Shown here: piece by piece, positions 62,684-64,000 of the stretch
How positions within the stretch are numbered: position 1 is the stretch's first letter
Layout: the number at the start of each line of letters is the position of its first letter
Source of the DNA: Peribolospora baueri
Taxonomy: Eukaryota
Assembly: GCA_029717555.1 (NCBI GenBank)
Contig: JAMDHS010000097.1
Span: 1 to 64,000 of the forward strand
DNA: 64,000 nucleotides
Direction: 5' to 3'
The notes under the pieces: model-generated
What the model saw: the letters and a program-made list of their open reading frames with translations, nothing else
What the model was told of the DNA's origin: nothing
Database searches by the model: none
Made by a program: the position numbers and the translations under genes

Positions 62684-64000
62684 ATGGAGCAAAGAGAGCC
62701 GGATGTCGAGAAGGGATTGGAATACTGGAACCACGGGCCTCCGACGGTCGACTTTGTCCTCGGTGGTTACGGCTTAGGGGTGAGCTGAGCCGACCGGCTG
62801 ACCGACCTTGTTTCCACACCCAACCCACCGATGGGCGAGCATGCGTGCCTCTGCTCCGATCGGCTCGACGTCATCCCCCTTCGTTCGTTTGTCGCTCGAG
62901 CCGTCCGACGCTCCCTTCTCACCCGCCCGCTTTCTCCTCCGTTTCGCCCTTGGTTGGCTTCTCGCGTAGACGCTCCCTCGCATCGACGCCCTCGGATCGC
63001 GCACCTTCCTCCTCTCCCTCCTCCCCCGTATCTCCACCGTCCCTCCCCCTACGGCCGACTTTGACAAGTGGTCCGCCGAGCGAGCGAGCAAGGAGGCGTC
63101 AGCGACAAGACAGACAAAGGCCCTCGACTGTGGAGCTGGCGTGGGCAGAGTCACGAGGGACGCCCTGCTGCCCCTCTTTGATCAGGTTGACCTCGTCGAG
63201 CCGATCGAAAAGGTGCGTGCGTGCGTTGTCAGCCAGACCTCGTCTCGGAGCGCTTAAGCGGGTGCACCCTCCCCGTACCCAGTTCCTTCTCCAAGCCTCC
63301 AAGTCCTCCTCGAAATGGAAGCACCTCGGCCCGACAAAGACGGTCCAGTTCCGCCTCTCGACCTTGCAAGCCTTCGACCCTTGCCGCCCCTCCTCCACTT
63401 CCCGTCTCGTCGCCACGACGCTTTCTCCCCAAGCGTCGCGCGACGCTAAGCGACTCGAGGAAGAAGGAGGAGAAGCGAGCGACGCGGTCAAGTACGACGT
63501 CGTGTGGGCGCAGTGGTGCCTCCAACACCTCTCCGACCGCGACCTCGAGGCCTTCTTGAGGAGGTCCAAAAAGGCGCTGGTGGAGGATGGAGTGATCGTG
63601 GTCAAGGAGAACGTCGTGCGTGTCCTTCCTTTCCTTGCCCCCCTTTGCCCTGTCGCCGCCTGTGTCCAGCACTGACTCGCCGTTTCTCGTCTTTAGTGCC
63701 GAGATGGAGAGGACGGCGAGGAAGTGATCGTATGGGATGACGAAGATCACTCCATCACGAGGTGAGCGAGCGAGCTTCCCTGCACCTCGTCGACCCTATC
63801 CTTCGTCCGTCCGTCCATGCGTGCATCTCATGATCGGTCGTCGCACCACGTCGCTCGCCTGCTTCGTCGCTCGTCTTCAGATCCGACTCTGCATGGGAAC
63901 GAGTGGTGAGCGTTTGGATATCGTCTTATTCCATTCCCCTGTTCCTCTTCATCGAGCCGGTCCGTAAGGCTGACGTGCCAACCCTTCCCGGAACCCTCCC
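62684..64000 (+). CDS. TAE1: Alpha-N-terminal protein methyltransferase (NTM1/Tae1 family); 3' end lies outside the window
   Basis: GLEYW...TVDFVLGGYG|LPRIDALGSRTFL, ALDCGAGVGRVT..LLPLFDQVDLVEP, LQAFDP, YDVVWAQWCLQHLSD, GVIVVKENV, WDDEDHSITR|SD. Confidence 0.95.

Overview
Eukaryotic, GC-rich, intron-dense DNA with GT-AG introns and CTRAC branch sites, most consistent with a basidiomycete fungus (inference). About 17 protein-coding genes can be reconstructed by hand-splicing: a SUZ12/VEFS-box-like Polycomb protein (cut by the window start), a helicase-less protein with a FANCM/Mph1-like C-terminal motif, a Set6-like SET/MYND protein, a MATH-BTB protein, an atypical NAD(P)-binding epimerase-like protein, SCS3/FIT, YME2, a GT90/CAP10-family glycosyltransferase, RLP24, a mitochondrial thioredoxin, a KHDC4-like KH protein, an SDR, a PA-TM-RING E3 ligase, SRP14, ARO2, a GH28 endopolygalacturonase, a ~2,050-aa disordered orphan and NTM1/TAE1 (cut by the window end). 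Two intergenic islands (about 24.4-25.8 kb and 30.4-36.0 kb) hold scrambled transposon relics (Tad1-like LINE, Ty1/copia, pogo/CENP-B-type). Three long fold-back inverted repeats lie in these relics and are candidate hairpin-RNA/siRNA sources. Several conserved motifs are encoded on or next to 7-18 nt micro-exons. All family calls come from motif recognition by eye; no searches were run.
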